IMG/VR virus record: IMGVR_UViG_3300020056_001325
Source of the DNA: an uncultured virus (IMG/VR IMGVR_UViG_3300020056_001325)
Lineage: Duplodnaviria > Heunggongvirae > Uroviricota > Caudoviricetes
Reading direction: 5' to 3' (one strand)
Length of the DNA stretch: 55,954 nt
The position numbers were made by a program, and so were the translations under genes. This document shows, piece after piece, positions 11,065 through 21,195 of this stretch. Every line of letters begins with the position of its first letter. The stretch's first letter is position 1. A model generated the notes under the pieces. That model saw only the letters and a list, made by a program, of their open reading frames with translations, was not told the DNA's origin and made no database searches.

Positions 11065-12699
11065 ATGGAAAAAGAATATATTGTAGTAACTGTAAAAGGT
11101 GTTGACGTTGCAGAGTTAGATGCAGACCTACAACGTGATACTTCAATGGACGATTCTGTTTCAGATGCAATACCTGATAGATCAGTTGATGTAGTAAATG
11201 CTCGTCAATTTAACAACAGAATGACACACTACAATTTGACTGACGAAGAAGCACAAACACTTTCAACAGACCCAAGAATTTTATCTGTATCAACTAGACC
11301 ACTAGACGAAACACAAGAACTTTATGCAACACAAACAGGAAATTTTCAAAGATCAACTAACAATGCACAAAATAGTGTTAACTGGGGATTATGGAGACAT
11401 ATTCAAAAATCCCTAGGCGCTGTTGACGATACTTCAACAACAAATAATGCAGACTATACATATACACTGGACGGAACTGGCGTTGATTTAATTATTCAAG
11501 ACGACGGTGTTGACCCAACAGGACATCCTGAATGGGAAGATGCAGACGGTAATACACGATTCCAACAAGTTGATTGGTATGAACTAACCGGATTAGCAGG
11601 ATCAATGCCTGCGAACTTTTATTCGCCAGGTTCCAACGACTCAAACCCAGGTGGCGCACATGGTAGCCATTGTTGTGGTATTGCCGCAGGTAAAACGTAT
11701 GGCTGGGCAAAGAACGCAACTATATACAGCATGAGAATTTTTGGCGGAACTGGTTATAGAATAGATACTGATAGATACGATCTAATAAGATTATTCCACG
11801 AACAAAAACCAGTAGATCCTAAAACAGGTTATAAACGTCCTACAGTAGTAAATCAAAGTTGGGGCTACAGTTGGTACTACAATAACGGAGATTTTTTTAC
11901 TCCTCCAAATATTCAAACTATTTGGTTTAGAGGAGTTAACCAAAACATAGCACCACAAACATTTAGTTCGGCAACATTTGCACAATATGGGTGTACAGGT
12001 TCAAGGCACCCTATGGAATATCTTCCAGCAGATGTTGAACAAGAACAATTAACTGATGCTGGTGTTATTTGCATTAAAGCCGCAGGTAATGGATATCATC
12101 CTTGTGCTGGCCAGGCTTCAGGACAATATGGTAGTACACGTTATAACAGTTATTACACACTTAATGAATCATGGGCCGGCTACATTGTAGCAGGTAACCC
12201 TATATATTATAATAGACCTAGTTCACCACATTCATTAGATACTGTATGGGTTGGCAACATTGATAATACAGATTTTGGCGGTGAAGAAATGTTAGCAGAA
12301 TCAAGTGAACGTGGCGAAAGATTAGATATTAATGCCGCTGGTACACAAATTACAAGTGCCACAGGTACACAATCAACTTATAGCACAAAACAACCACACC
12401 CGGAAAGCAATGCACACTATATTGCAAGAATTAGTGGAACTAGCATGGCGGCTCCTCAAATTGCAGGAATTTGTTGTTTGTATATGCAGGCAAATCCAGG
12501 TGCAACTGCTCAACAATTTAAAGACTGGTTACAAAATATAGCCCAAGAAGAATTATATGACACAGGTGGTCCAGATGATTATGTGTACGCAAATACTACA
12601 CCACGGTTATATGGTGGTACAAATAAGGTAGTATATTTTCCTTTAAATTCACCTGATAAAATTAAGTATACAAGTTCAAGTGGCTTCACTAAAGGATAA
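11065..12699 (+). CDS. Subtilisin-like S8 serine peptidase 2 (tandem paralogue)
   Basis: GVDLIIQDDG (Asp), HGSHCCG (His), AAGN, SGTSMAAP (Ser). Confidence 0.88.
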   Translation: MEKEYIVVTVKGVDVAELDADLQRDTSMDDSVSDAIPDRSVDVVNARQFNNRMTHYNLTDEEAQTLSTDPRILSVSTRPLDETQELYATQTGNFQRSTNNAQNSVNWGLWRHIQKSLGAVDDTSTTNNADYTYTLDGTGVDLIIQDDGVDPTGHPEWEDADGNTRFQQVDWYELTGLAGSMPANFYSPGSNDSNPGGAHGSHCCGIAAGKTYGWAKNATIYSMRIFGGTGYRIDTDRYDLIRLFHEQKPVDPKTGYKRPTVVNQSWGYSWYYNNGDFFTPPNIQTIWFRGVNQNIAPQTFSSATFAQYGCTGSRHPMEYLPADVEQEQLTDAGVICIKAAGNGYHPCAGQASGQYGSTRYNSYYTLNESWAGYIVAGNPIYYNRPSSPHSLDTVWVGNIDNTDFGGEEMLAESSERGERLDINAAGTQITSATGTQSTYSTKQPHPESNAHYIARISGTSMAAPQIAGICCLYMQANPGATAQQFKDWLQNIAQEELYDTGGPDDYVYANTTPRLYGGTNKVVYFPLNSPDKIKYTSSSGFTKG

Positions 12700-12700
12700 G

Positions 12701-12708
12701 GATAAATA
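12701..12708 (+). promoter_or_regulatory. Late promoter GATAAATA
   Basis: Recurring intergenic motif before structural genes. Confidence 0.7.
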
Positions 12709-12728
12709 CACTATAGAAGGTAGATATA

Positions 12729-13433
12729 ATGGCTTTACAAACAATTAACATTGGAACACTTGCAAACGACGGAACTGGCGACGATCTCCGTGAAGCGTTT
12801 ATTAAAGTAAATCAAAACTTTGATGACCTAGATCTTAGAGCGCCGGAATCAACTACAGTAACCAACGTAGGAAACATTGGGGAAGGTCTTTTCTCACAAA
12901 AAGTTGGTGCTGAAATTCAACTTAAAAAATTAGTTGCAGGTTCAAACGTTTCGTTAACAAGTTCACCACAAGGTATTACTGTAAATGCTACAGGTGGATT
13001 ACAGCAATTAGTTGTTGTATCAGATGCTGGAAGTGTTATACTTGCTGACGGTGATAGCGTTAGACTTGCAGGTGGTACTGGAGTAACTACTAGAGTTGCT
13101 GGCAGTGATGTTATTTTTGATGTAGCAACTGTACTTTCAACAGATTCATCTCCGGAATTAAGTGCAAACCTTGATGCCGCGGGTAACGATATTTTTAATG
13201 TAAATACATTAACAGCAAGTAATTTACAAGGTGTACTAACTGGTAATGTTAACGGTTTGGTATATGGAATTGACATTCGTAGTATTGAACCAAACACAGC
13301 AGGTTTTGATTTTGGTACACTAGATAACAACGTAAGAGGACTAAGTGACTGGTTAATATACGAAACAGATATTGATTTTGGTCAAATGTTACTACCAGAT
13401 GATAGAACATTTGATTCGGGGTTACTAGCATAG
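12729..13433 (+). CDS. Baseplate/tail protein with gp9/gp10-like N-terminus
   Basis: INIGTLANDGTGDDLREAFIKVNQNF; late promoter upstream. Confidence 0.65.
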   Translation: MALQTINIGTLANDGTGDDLREAFIKVNQNFDDLDLRAPESTTVTNVGNIGEGLFSQKVGAEIQLKKLVAGSNVSLTSSPQGITVNATGGLQQLVVVSDAGSVILADGDSVRLAGGTGVTTRVAGSDVIFDVATVLSTDSSPELSANLDAAGNDIFNVNTLTASNLQGVLTGNVNGLVYGIDIRSIEPNTAGFDFGTLDNNVRGLSDWLIYETDIDFGQMLLPDDRTFDSGLLA

Positions 13434-13441
13434 GATAAGAT

Positions 13442-14320
13442 ATGGCAACATTAACAATTACATCAAACGGTTTACCTAATCCAGCAAAGTTTGGAAAACC
13501 ATTTGGGCAAAACCAATTTGCACCAAGTTCTAATACAGCAACAGCACAAAACTATAGTTTTTCATTTACTTACAGAGGTGGAGAAAATACAAGCAATCCG
13601 CAGTTAATTGCATCACTATCTCCAATTGGTGTTTTTAATAACGGTGTAGTATTTTATGCTCCTAATGCAGGTATTGGTCAAGTTCCGCCGGGTCTTGATG
13701 CTGAAGACGATGCTCCTGGAACAGGTTTTGAATATAACTCAGTAAACTTTAGATCAAACTACGGTGGTGATGATGCAGGTGGCTGGCCTGAATCAAATGG
13801 ACAGTATCATTATATGTCTGGTATGTTTTTAAATCTACCAACAGGAAGTTCAGAAGCAAGTGCGGCATGGGATGACAATATGATTACAACTATTGCTACA
13901 CCTACTCCGACATATTATAGTGGTACAAACTTTAGTGGTGATTACTTTAGACACGCAGATGGTCACAGTAAAATATTAGGTTACTGTTTTGACGGTTATC
14001 CTATTTACGGTCCATTTGGTTATTCAGATTTTAATGATCCGTTATCAGTTGTTACTAGAATGACTAGTTCATATCAATTTTATTCAAGTGAACCCCCAGG
14101 CCGAGGATATTTATATGCAGAAAAAACTGCCGGAACATTTGTAAACGACTTTGAGTATCAAGTTGGTACAGGAACACTAGATGAATATAATGGTAGATTT
14201 GCAAAAACTCCAGAATATCCAAATGGAACTTATGCATATCACCTTTCAGTAAATGCTAGTTTACAGCCTGTATATCCTTATATTGTAGGACCATCAACTA
14301 AACAACAACGCTCAATTTAA
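13442..14320 (+). CDS. YHYH-domain protein
   Basis: GQYHYM, GHSKILGYCFDGYPIYGP and LDEYNGR..KTPEYPNGTYAY motifs. Confidence 0.8.
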   Translation: MATLTITSNGLPNPAKFGKPFGQNQFAPSSNTATAQNYSFSFTYRGGENTSNPQLIASLSPIGVFNNGVVFYAPNAGIGQVPPGLDAEDDAPGTGFEYNSVNFRSNYGGDDAGGWPESNGQYHYMSGMFLNLPTGSSEASAAWDDNMITTIATPTPTYYSGTNFSGDYFRHADGHSKILGYCFDGYPIYGPFGYSDFNDPLSVVTRMTSSYQFYSSEPPGRGYLYAEKTAGTFVNDFEYQVGTGTLDEYNGRFAKTPEYPNGTYAYHLSVNASLQPVYPYIVGPSTKQQRSI

Positions 14321-14334
14321 TAACATTAATATCC

Positions 14335-14342
14335 GATAAATA
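14335..14342 (+). promoter_or_regulatory. Late promoter GATAAATA
   Basis: Intergenic; followed by TAAGTTAGAGGA, as at 17857. Confidence 0.7.
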
Positions 14343-14364
14343 CTACTAAGTTAGAGGATAGATA

Positions 14365-17300
14365 ATGCCAGCACCAAATTGGACACAAAAATCAGGATAT
14401 AAGTTAGCGACCCTACAAGAAAGGGTAACAACTACAATTGACTTACCGCTCGATCCTTCCACACAAGCAGGTGGCGGTTTTAACCCTAGCACAGGTGCAT
14501 TAAGTTTAGATCCTGTACCTAAAGTAACTAACACAACAGATTTAACTATTACAATTAATACACCAAATGATCCTGTAACTGATCACGTGTATGATAATAT
14601 TAGTATTAGAATTCCGTCAATTCCGGCACTAAACAATAAACTTGTTCCGGTTTGTATACTGCTACACGATAATGGCGGTAGTGGTAGTAACATGATTGCT
14701 GACTGGCAAAACTATTTAGGTGATCATATTCTTATTGCTCCAACAGGTATTAACCAAGATTGGAATATTGCTGTTGAAAGCAAACATCCTGATATACAGT
14801 TTCTTGAAGAATTAATTGTTAACCTAAAAAATTATTCAAACGTTGACTCTACTAAAATTAGAATCTTAGGTGTAGGCAACGGTGGTGCTTTAGCACAACG
14901 AGCATTAATTGAAATTGACGATAGTTCAGTAGATACTTTTGTATTTGTAAAAACTGCACTCTTTGATCCACAGTTTAGAACTAACACGTTTTATAAACCA
15001 AGTTCATATCTATCAACTGGTTTAAACGATGCCAATTATGATACTGTAACTTCACCTATCTTAGGAAGAAGAATTTTAACTATTAACGGTATTAATGATA
15101 CAACAATAGATTATAATGGTGGAATTTCATCCGACGGATATAACTATTATCCAGCACAAGACAATACCTTTTATTGGGCAAAATCACAAGGATATAACGG
15201 AAATGTAATTCCTGATGTTGGCGGTATCTTTTATGGTGCTTTCCAAACATATTATTACTCATATTTGTCAGGGCAAGTACTACATTATAAAACAGGTACT
15301 ACACACACTATTGAAGATTTTGAAAAAACTATTGTTTCTAACTTTTTACTTTATACACAAGATAACTTACAAGATGTATACTTAGATGTTGGATCAGCAA
15401 CATCAATTACACTTAACACAGATGTTATTACACTTATTAGTGGTAAATTACCAGATGGAATGAGATTGTCAAGCAGTCAAATTATTGGTACTCCATTTGA
15501 AGTTGCTAGAAATACTGAGTTTGAGTTTGTTCTACGAGCAACTAATGAGGACGGTATTAGAGATAGAACATTCATTATTGAAGTACAAGGTCCAGATGAA
15601 CCGGTATGGTCAACGAACGAAGGACTACTTCCTATTGGTACTAATAACAGTTTCTATGTTTTAGATTCTAGTATTATTGATTTTCAACTTGCGGCAATTG
15701 ATCCTGATTTACCAGCAGGCGACACTTTAGAATATTATGTAGCAGACGGCGACGGCGAATTACCTCCAGGAACACAGTTAACAGTTGACGGTAGACTTGT
15801 AGGTATTATCGATCCTATTTTAGCATTAGATAAAAATGCAGGACAAGGCTTTTATGATACAACACAGTTTGACGCTTATGCATTTGACTTTGGTTTAAGA
15901 AGTGCTAATGGTTTTGAAAGTTACTACTATGACACACAAGGTTATGATTATGCTATTGCAACACAAAGTCGTAAAAAACTAAATCGTTATTATGAATTTA
16001 AAGTAAGTGTAAGCGACGGTGACACTATTGAAAAACGTACCTTCCAAATTTATGTTGTAGGTGATGATTTCTTAAGATCAGACAACACAGTAATGCAAGT
16101 AGGTACAGGAATATTCACTGCTGATAACACGTATCTTAGAGCACCTGTATGGTTAACACCAGCAGATCTTGGATACAAAAGAGCAAACAATTATATTACA
16201 ATTTACTTAGAAGTATTTGACCCACAAACAATTTTAGGCGAATTACAATACAATTTAGAAGCACTTAATGATGACGGAAGTCCTAGTATACTTCCTCCAG
16301 GAATGAGCATCGATGCTATTAGTGGAGAAGTTGCAGGTAGAATTCCTTATCAACCAGCAATTACAAAAGAATATAAGTTTACAGTAAACGCTATTAGATA
16401 TACAGATATCGGTAGTGATATTTTAGCAGAAAAGAAAAAAACATTTACAGTAAAAATACTAGGTGAAGTTGAAAGTACTATCCAATGGACTACAGTCGAA
16501 GACTTAGGAACTATTCAAGCAAACTTTACAAGTACATTCTCTGTTAATGCTGTAACTAACGTACCTAATGCAACACTATTATACAACTTGACAGAAGGTA
16601 GACTTCCGCCGGGATTATCAATTAATCTTAACGGCGAAATTGTTGGTAAAGTAAGACAGTTTGCTAATGACGGTAACTTAGGTTTGACAACAATTGATAA
16701 AAACTTGTTTACACTTGATGGCGGTACTTCGACTATTGATCGTAAGTTTACATTTACTATCGAAGCAAGAGACAGATTTGGCTTTAGTGCTACAAAGAAA
16801 ACATTTAATATTGTTGTAACAGATCCAGATAATATTACATATTCAAATTTATATGTAAAACCATTCTTAAAAGAAACACAAAGACAAATTTACAAAAACT
16901 TTATCGGTGACAGTAATATCTTTTTACCAGGGTCGATCTACAGACCAAACGACTCACAATTTGGTTTACAAAAAGATATTAAAATGTTAGTATATGCAGG
17001 TATTGAAACAAGAAACATTAGAGAATATATTTCTGCAAGTAGAAAGAATCATAAGAGAAAAAGATTTAAGTTTGGTGCTTTAAGAACTGCTGTTGCTAAA
17101 AACATCGGTAGTACCGACACATTATATGAAGTAATTTATGTTGATGTAATTGATCCGTTAAAGAACATAGAAAATGAAAACAAATTAAGATCAAAAATTA
17201 GCATAGCCAACAAAGATAAAATTACTGTTGATAGCATTGAATTAGAAACAAGAGACGATGTAACTAAAGAAGGTGCTGGTCTAGCAGTATTTGAAATTAG

Positions 17301-17853
17301 AAATAGTATTGGTCAACTTATTCAAGTTAGAGCATTAGGTAATGACTTGGAAATTATTACAAGAGCCGGTACTGTTGTATATGATGCTAATGGAAGCATT
17401 CAAGTAACACTAAGAAATGGGCAAGAATTAAATGTAGGTCAAATTGCTACTACAAGCAGTGATCCATTTAGATTTAGACCTGACTATAATACACTTAAAG
17501 TAGACAGCGATGCTGTAATAATTAGTGATCCAAATGACAACACACGCTTTTTAAGTAGTGTTGACAATATGCGTGAAAATATTAGTCAGGTGGGTATTAC
17601 AGAAGCAAGTTTCTTACCGTTATGGATGGCAACTGCACAGGGTGACGGTGTACAAGAACTAGGGTATGTTACTGCTGTTCCATTGTGTTATTGTAAGCCA
17701 GGGACAAGCCAGCAAATACTGTTAAATATTCAGAATAGCGGGTTTGATTTTAAACAAATAGACTTCGAAATTGACAGATATATTATCGATGCTACTGAAA
17801 ACAACAGTAATGAGCAGTATATCGCTTTCGGAAATTACAGATATAATGTGTAA
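14365..17853 (+). CDS. Large baseplate-region protein with Ig-like repeats and an inserted alpha/beta-hydrolase-like domain
   Basis: Repeated G.LPPG(L/M/T).(L/I)...G.I.G Ig-like motifs; LLHDNGGSG / ILGVGNGG / NGINDTTIDYNGG esterase-like segment. Confidence 0.65.
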   Translation: MPAPNWTQKSGYKLATLQERVTTTIDLPLDPSTQAGGGFNPSTGALSLDPVPKVTNTTDLTITINTPNDPVTDHVYDNISIRIPSIPALNNKLVPVCILLHDNGGSGSNMIADWQNYLGDHILIAPTGINQDWNIAVESKHPDIQFLEELIVNLKNYSNVDSTKIRILGVGNGGALAQRALIEIDDSSVDTFVFVKTALFDPQFRTNTFYKPSSYLSTGLNDANYDTVTSPILGRRILTINGINDTTIDYNGGISSDGYNYYPAQDNTFYWAKSQGYNGNVIPDVGGIFYGAFQTYYYSYLSGQVLHYKTGTTHTIEDFEKTIVSNFLLYTQDNLQDVYLDVGSATSITLNTDVITLISGKLPDGMRLSSSQIIGTPFEVARNTEFEFVLRATNEDGIRDRTFIIEVQGPDEPVWSTNEGLLPIGTNNSFYVLDSSIIDFQLAAIDPDLPAGDTLEYYVADGDGELPPGTQLTVDGRLVGIIDPILALDKNAGQGFYDTTQFDAYAFDFGLRSANGFESYYYDTQGYDYAIATQSRKKLNRYYEFKVSVSDGDTIEKRTFQIYVVGDDFLRSDNTVMQVGTGIFTADNTYLRAPVWLTPADLGYKRANNYITIYLEVFDPQTILGELQYNLEALNDDGSPSILPPGMSIDAISGEVAGRIPYQPAITKEYKFTVNAIRYTDIGSDILAEKKKTFTVKILGEVESTIQWTTVEDLGTIQANFTSTFSVNAVTNVPNATLLYNLTEGRLPPGLSINLNGEIVGKVRQFANDGNLGLTTIDKNLFTLDGGTSTIDRKFTFTIEARDRFGFSATKKTFNIVVTDPDNITYSNLYVKPFLKETQRQIYKNFIGDSNIFLPGSIYRPNDSQFGLQKDIKMLVYAGIETRNIREYISASRKNHKRKRFKFGALRTAVAKNIGSTDTLYEVIYVDVIDPLKNIENENKLRSKISIANKDKITVDSIELETRDDVTKEGAGLAVFEIRNSIGQLIQVRALGNDLEIITRAGTVVYDANGSIQVTLRNGQELNVGQIATTSSDPFRFRPDYNTLKVDSDAVIISDPNDNTRFLSSVDNMRENISQVGITEASFLPLWMATAQGDGVQELGYVTAVPLCYCKPGTSQQILLNIQNSGFDFKQIDFEIDRYIIDATENNSNEQYIAFGNYRYNV

Positions 17854-17856
17854 TCT

Positions 17857-17864
17857 GATAAATA
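17857..17864 (+). promoter_or_regulatory. Late promoter GATAAATA
   Basis: Intergenic; followed by TAAGTTAGAGAGGA. Confidence 0.7.
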
Positions 17865-17887
17865 TATTAAGTTAGAGAGGAACTAAT

Positions 17888-18451
17888 ATGCCAAGTAATA
17901 TTGATAATACAAGTATTGATGCACAATTTCCTGTTGCAGGACAGGATAATGATTCGCAGGGGTTTAGAAATAATTTTAACACAATTAAGAATAACTTTAC
18001 TGCGGCAAAAAACGAAATTGAAGAACTACAAACAAATACTGCAAAGTTAAACACCACAAACAACTTTCTTGGCAATGACGTAACAGGTGCTAACTTAATT
18101 GGTAATACTGAAAAGCATTACGCAGGTGGTACTATTGTTGCTCCTCAAAATATTAGTTTCAATAATGGTAATTTTCAAACATTTACTATTGGTAATAACG
18201 TTACACTAACTTTCCAAGATTGGCCTGCAGAAGATAGGCTAAGCAAAATTAGAATTCAACTACTAGATACACTAGGTGATAGTACTGCACGTACAGTAAC
18301 TTGGGCAACTGATAACGGTTCAATTAAATACGGACCGGATTTCCCAGCACCATTTGTTGTAAACAGCAACGAAAATCCAGTAGTTGTCGACTTTTGGACA
18401 TATGACGGTGGTACAACTGTATATGCTCAATATGTCGGCGTGTTTGCATAA
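17888..18451 (+). CDS. Conserved virion structural protein
   Basis: FPVAGQDNDSQGFRNNF N-terminus followed by a coiled coil; late promoter and GAGG RBS. Confidence 0.55.
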   Translation: MPSNIDNTSIDAQFPVAGQDNDSQGFRNNFNTIKNNFTAAKNEIEELQTNTAKLNTTNNFLGNDVTGANLIGNTEKHYAGGTIVAPQNISFNNGNFQTFTIGNNVTLTFQDWPAEDRLSKIRIQLLDTLGDSTARTVTWATDNGSIKYGPDFPAPFVVNSNENPVVVDFWTYDGGTTVYAQYVGVFA

Positions 18452-18461
18452 GAGGTAATTT

Positions 18462-18686
18462 ATGGATCATCCGCTATTTAATAACGCCGAAAATCTATCG
18501 GATGCAGATCTAGATGCTAACATCAGCACACTAACTAAAAAATATTTCCAAACTAGAAATCCTGACGCAAAACGTCAAATCACTATCATTCTTGACCATT
18601 TAAAATTAGAACAACGAGACAGATTGGTAAAACAAACTATCAATAATCCTGATAAAGATCTTGACAATTTGATCAATATCGATTAA
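18462..18686 (+). CDS. Hypothetical protein
   Basis: 74 aa ORF with GAGG RBS. Confidence 0.6.
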   Translation: MDHPLFNNAENLSDADLDANISTLTKKYFQTRNPDAKRQITIILDHLKLEQRDRLVKQTINNPDKDLDNLINID

Positions 18687-18689
18687 AAT
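18661..18689 (+). promoter_or_regulatory. Sigma70-type promoter
   Basis: TTGACA-17-TAAAAT; ATG 7 nt downstream. Confidence 0.7.
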
Positions 18690-18696
18690 ATACTAT

Positions 18697-19254
18697 ATGC
18701 TTATGAAAACTGATTCTCTAGGAATACCACGATTTTCTAATCGTGACCTGATAGAAATGATCTATACAGGAAACATTGACAAGTGTCATGTAGTTCTCTG
18801 CGACCCTAGTGACGATATTGATAAGTTTAATAAAGTAATGGAAGAACAAGGTATGAATCCATTACAAAAATATATTCCATTAGATGTAGAACAAAAAGAA
18901 TTTGATAATGTTTGTCAAAGCGAATGGTTTATGCCAGAAGAGTATAAACAATTAAATCCAAACAAATGGCTTGAAGCAAAATTAATGGAAAAATTACAAA
19001 TTGATGATCCAGTAGCATTACGTGATACAAAGGAATGGATACGTATTACCGAAGAATTAACTGAGTTTTTTGAAAGAGGAATGTATCCATTATTACAATA
19101 TTTGGTATATTTGGTTGATTATATGCGTGAAAACAATATTGTATGGGGTGTCGGAAGAGGATCAAGTGTAGCAAGTTATGTGCTATATATTATTGGAATT
19201 CATAGGGTAGACTCAATCCACTTTGACCTCGATTGGCGTGAGTTCCTAAGATAA
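18697..19254 (+). CDS. DNA polymerase III alpha (DnaE)-like fragment
   Basis: RITEEL..F...YLVDYMRENNIVWGVGRGSSVASYVLYIIGIHRVD...FDLDWREFL matches the DnaE GRGS region; only 185 aa. Confidence 0.8.
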   Translation: MLMKTDSLGIPRFSNRDLIEMIYTGNIDKCHVVLCDPSDDIDKFNKVMEEQGMNPLQKYIPLDVEQKEFDNVCQSEWFMPEEYKQLNPNKWLEAKLMEKLQIDDPVALRDTKEWIRITEELTEFFERGMYPLLQYLVYLVDYMRENNIVWGVGRGSSVASYVLYIIGIHRVDSIHFDLDWREFLR

Positions 19255-19257
19255 ATA
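19250..19257 (+). promoter_or_regulatory. Late promoter GATAAATA
   Basis: Overlaps the stop of the DnaE fragment; precedes the groES operon. Confidence 0.65.
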
Positions 19258-19282
19258 CGTACATAATTAAGGAGAAGATAAT

Positions 19283-19699
19283 ATGGCGATGAAACAAACT
19301 GGACGTAAAGTTTATAAGTCAATGCAAGGTAAGCAAGTTGACATGGACTTACTACGTCAAAAAAATGAACTTACTCCTGCGGTTGGAAATGCTCGTGTAA
19401 ATGCACGTGGCGATGAATTAGGCCCAGGTGGTAAAATTATTAGGCGTCGTGATGATATTCTAGACGAATATTATAGAGATCATCCACAAGCAGTTCCAGA
19501 TGAGTCACCTCGCAAAGAAACAGCAACTCCAACATCAACACCAGCGGCGGCTCCTACTCCTAAAGTAGAAGCAGTTAAGAAAGAAGCGCCTGCAAATTCA
19601 GTAGAAGCAGAAATGGCAGATATTGATGCCGAGGCTGAAGAAACTGGTACAGAGTGGGTTGAAGACGATGCTGGTAACTTTGTAAAGAAAGGTGAATAG
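19283..19699 (+). CDS. Hypothetical late protein (acidic, Pro/Ala-rich C-terminus)
   Basis: AAGGAG RBS; late promoter at 19250. Confidence 0.65.
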   Translation: MAMKQTGRKVYKSMQGKQVDMDLLRQKNELTPAVGNARVNARGDELGPGGKIIRRRDDILDEYYRDHPQAVPDESPRKETATPTSTPAAAPTPKVEAVKKEAPANSVEAEMADIDAEAEETGTEWVEDDAGNFVKKGE

Positions 19700-19703
19700 T
19701 TAA

Positions 19704-20141
19704 ATGATGGATACGCAGATGTTAGGAGCCGGTCCTAAGTTAAAAACTAGGGCAACTGGCAAACTTAGACCGATACATGATGGCGTACTTGCTTATGACA
19801 TGAACTTTGGAGAACGTACTACTAAAGGTGGTATTATTATCGCAAGTGATGACGGCCAAGAAGCAGGCATCCGTCCAAGATGGTGTAAAATTTATGCTAT
19901 CGGACATGAAAATAAAGACCCCTATGCTGTGGGTAACTGGATCTATGTTGAACACGGACGTTGGTCACGTGGTATCATTTTAGATGATCCCGATATGGGA
20001 GAAATTGAAGTTAGACTAATTGATGTAAATGCAATATTAGCCTGGCAAGAAGAAGAGCCAGAAGATTTGCAAATCGGAACTAATACTGACTTTAATAGCG
20101 GTGGTCCTCGTCCTGAGGACTTTGCAGACAGACCAAGATAA
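19704..20141 (+). CDS. groES: GroES/Cpn10-like co-chaperonin
   Basis: LRPIHDGVL...ERTTKGGIII mobile-loop motif. Confidence 0.75.
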   Translation: MMDTQMLGAGPKLKTRATGKLRPIHDGVLAYDMNFGERTTKGGIIIASDDGQEAGIRPRWCKIYAIGHENKDPYAVGNWIYVEHGRWSRGIILDDPDMGEIEVRLIDVNAILAWQEEEPEDLQIGTNTDFNSGGPRPEDFADRPR

Positions 20142-20152
20142 AAGAGGTTAAA

Positions 20153-20566
20153 TTGAGTAACGTAGATTTAAACAAATACAAAGAATTTGTAGAACAAGTC
20201 ACATCAAAAGAAAGTAATCAATTGTCTGAAATGTTTTATAGGGCAAAAGACATTGAAGCAAATAACCCAAATGTTAATGTAGCATTATTGCTAACAGGTG
20301 CAATCGGTATTGCGTCCGAAGGAGGAGAGTTTAGTGAAATTGTTAAAAAATGTATCTTCCAAGGTAAACCAATGGATGATGAAACTGTCTTTCATTGCAA
20401 ACGAGAACTTGGCGATATTATGTGGTATTGGATTAATTCTTGTAGGGCACTTGGCTTGGACCCTAACGAGGTAGTTGCAGAAAACGTAAACAAACTTAAA
20501 GCACGTTACCCTGGTGGCGAGTTTGATGTTTATTACAGTGAAAATCGTAAAGATGGCGATTTGTAA
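20153..20566 (+). CDS. MazG-like NTP pyrophosphohydrolase
   Basis: SEGGEFSEIVKK...RELGDIMWY...NVNKLKARYP; TTG start with GAGG RBS. Confidence 0.85.
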   Translation: MSNVDLNKYKEFVEQVTSKESNQLSEMFYRAKDIEANNPNVNVALLLTGAIGIASEGGEFSEIVKKCIFQGKPMDDETVFHCKRELGDIMWYWINSCRALGLDPNEVVAENVNKLKARYPGGEFDVYYSENRKDGDL

Positions 20567-20569
20567 TTA

Positions 20570-21193
20570 ATGAAATATAATCCAGATGACATTATAGTAT
20601 TAGATGATATTGTACCTAGTTGGTTGCATAACGAAGTAGTTGCAGAAATTCCACATACTAAGGTGTCATTTGGACATAGAGGATTAGGTCCGTATCAAGG
20701 GCATCAATTTTTTAGTAATCAATGGACACACCAAGAACTTGAAAATGCTCCATGGCAATTAAAAGCAGTATGGAGTGCATTCAATGGACAGAAAGATAAA
20801 CTAGGTGATAACATTGGTGACTTACAATTAAATCAAGTACAAGTAAACATTACAACTAAGAATCTAGTCGGTGGATTGCACGTCGACAGCGGCGAAGATG
20901 TACCTGCTTATACTATGGTATATCTAGTCAGCGGAGACAGTGGAATGGATTTTTGGGATGATAACCCAGATAACGGTGGTAAAATGATCAAGTCTGTATT
21001 ATATAAAGAAGGCCGTTGCATTGTTTTTCCAAGTAAATTTATTCATAGAGGGATTCCACCAAAAGAAATAGAACCAAGAACTAGTGTTGGGTTTGTCTTT
21101 AGTGGTCGTTCAACACCATTTGCACAATCTAGAAATATTGTAATGCCAATATTCAAAGATCAACAAGAAAAGATATTTCCTAATCACAATTAG
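20570..21193 (+). CDS. 2OG-Fe(II) oxygenase
   Basis: HxD (LHVD), distal His (IHRG) and downstream RTS. Confidence 0.75.
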   Translation: MKYNPDDIIVLDDIVPSWLHNEVVAEIPHTKVSFGHRGLGPYQGHQFFSNQWTHQELENAPWQLKAVWSAFNGQKDKLGDNIGDLQLNQVQVNITTKNLVGGLHVDSGEDVPAYTMVYLVSGDSGMDFWDDNPDNGGKMIKSVLYKEGRCIVFPSKFIHRGIPPKEIEPRTSVGFVFSGRSTPFAQSRNIVMPIFKDQQEKIFPNHN

Positions 21194-21195
21194 AC

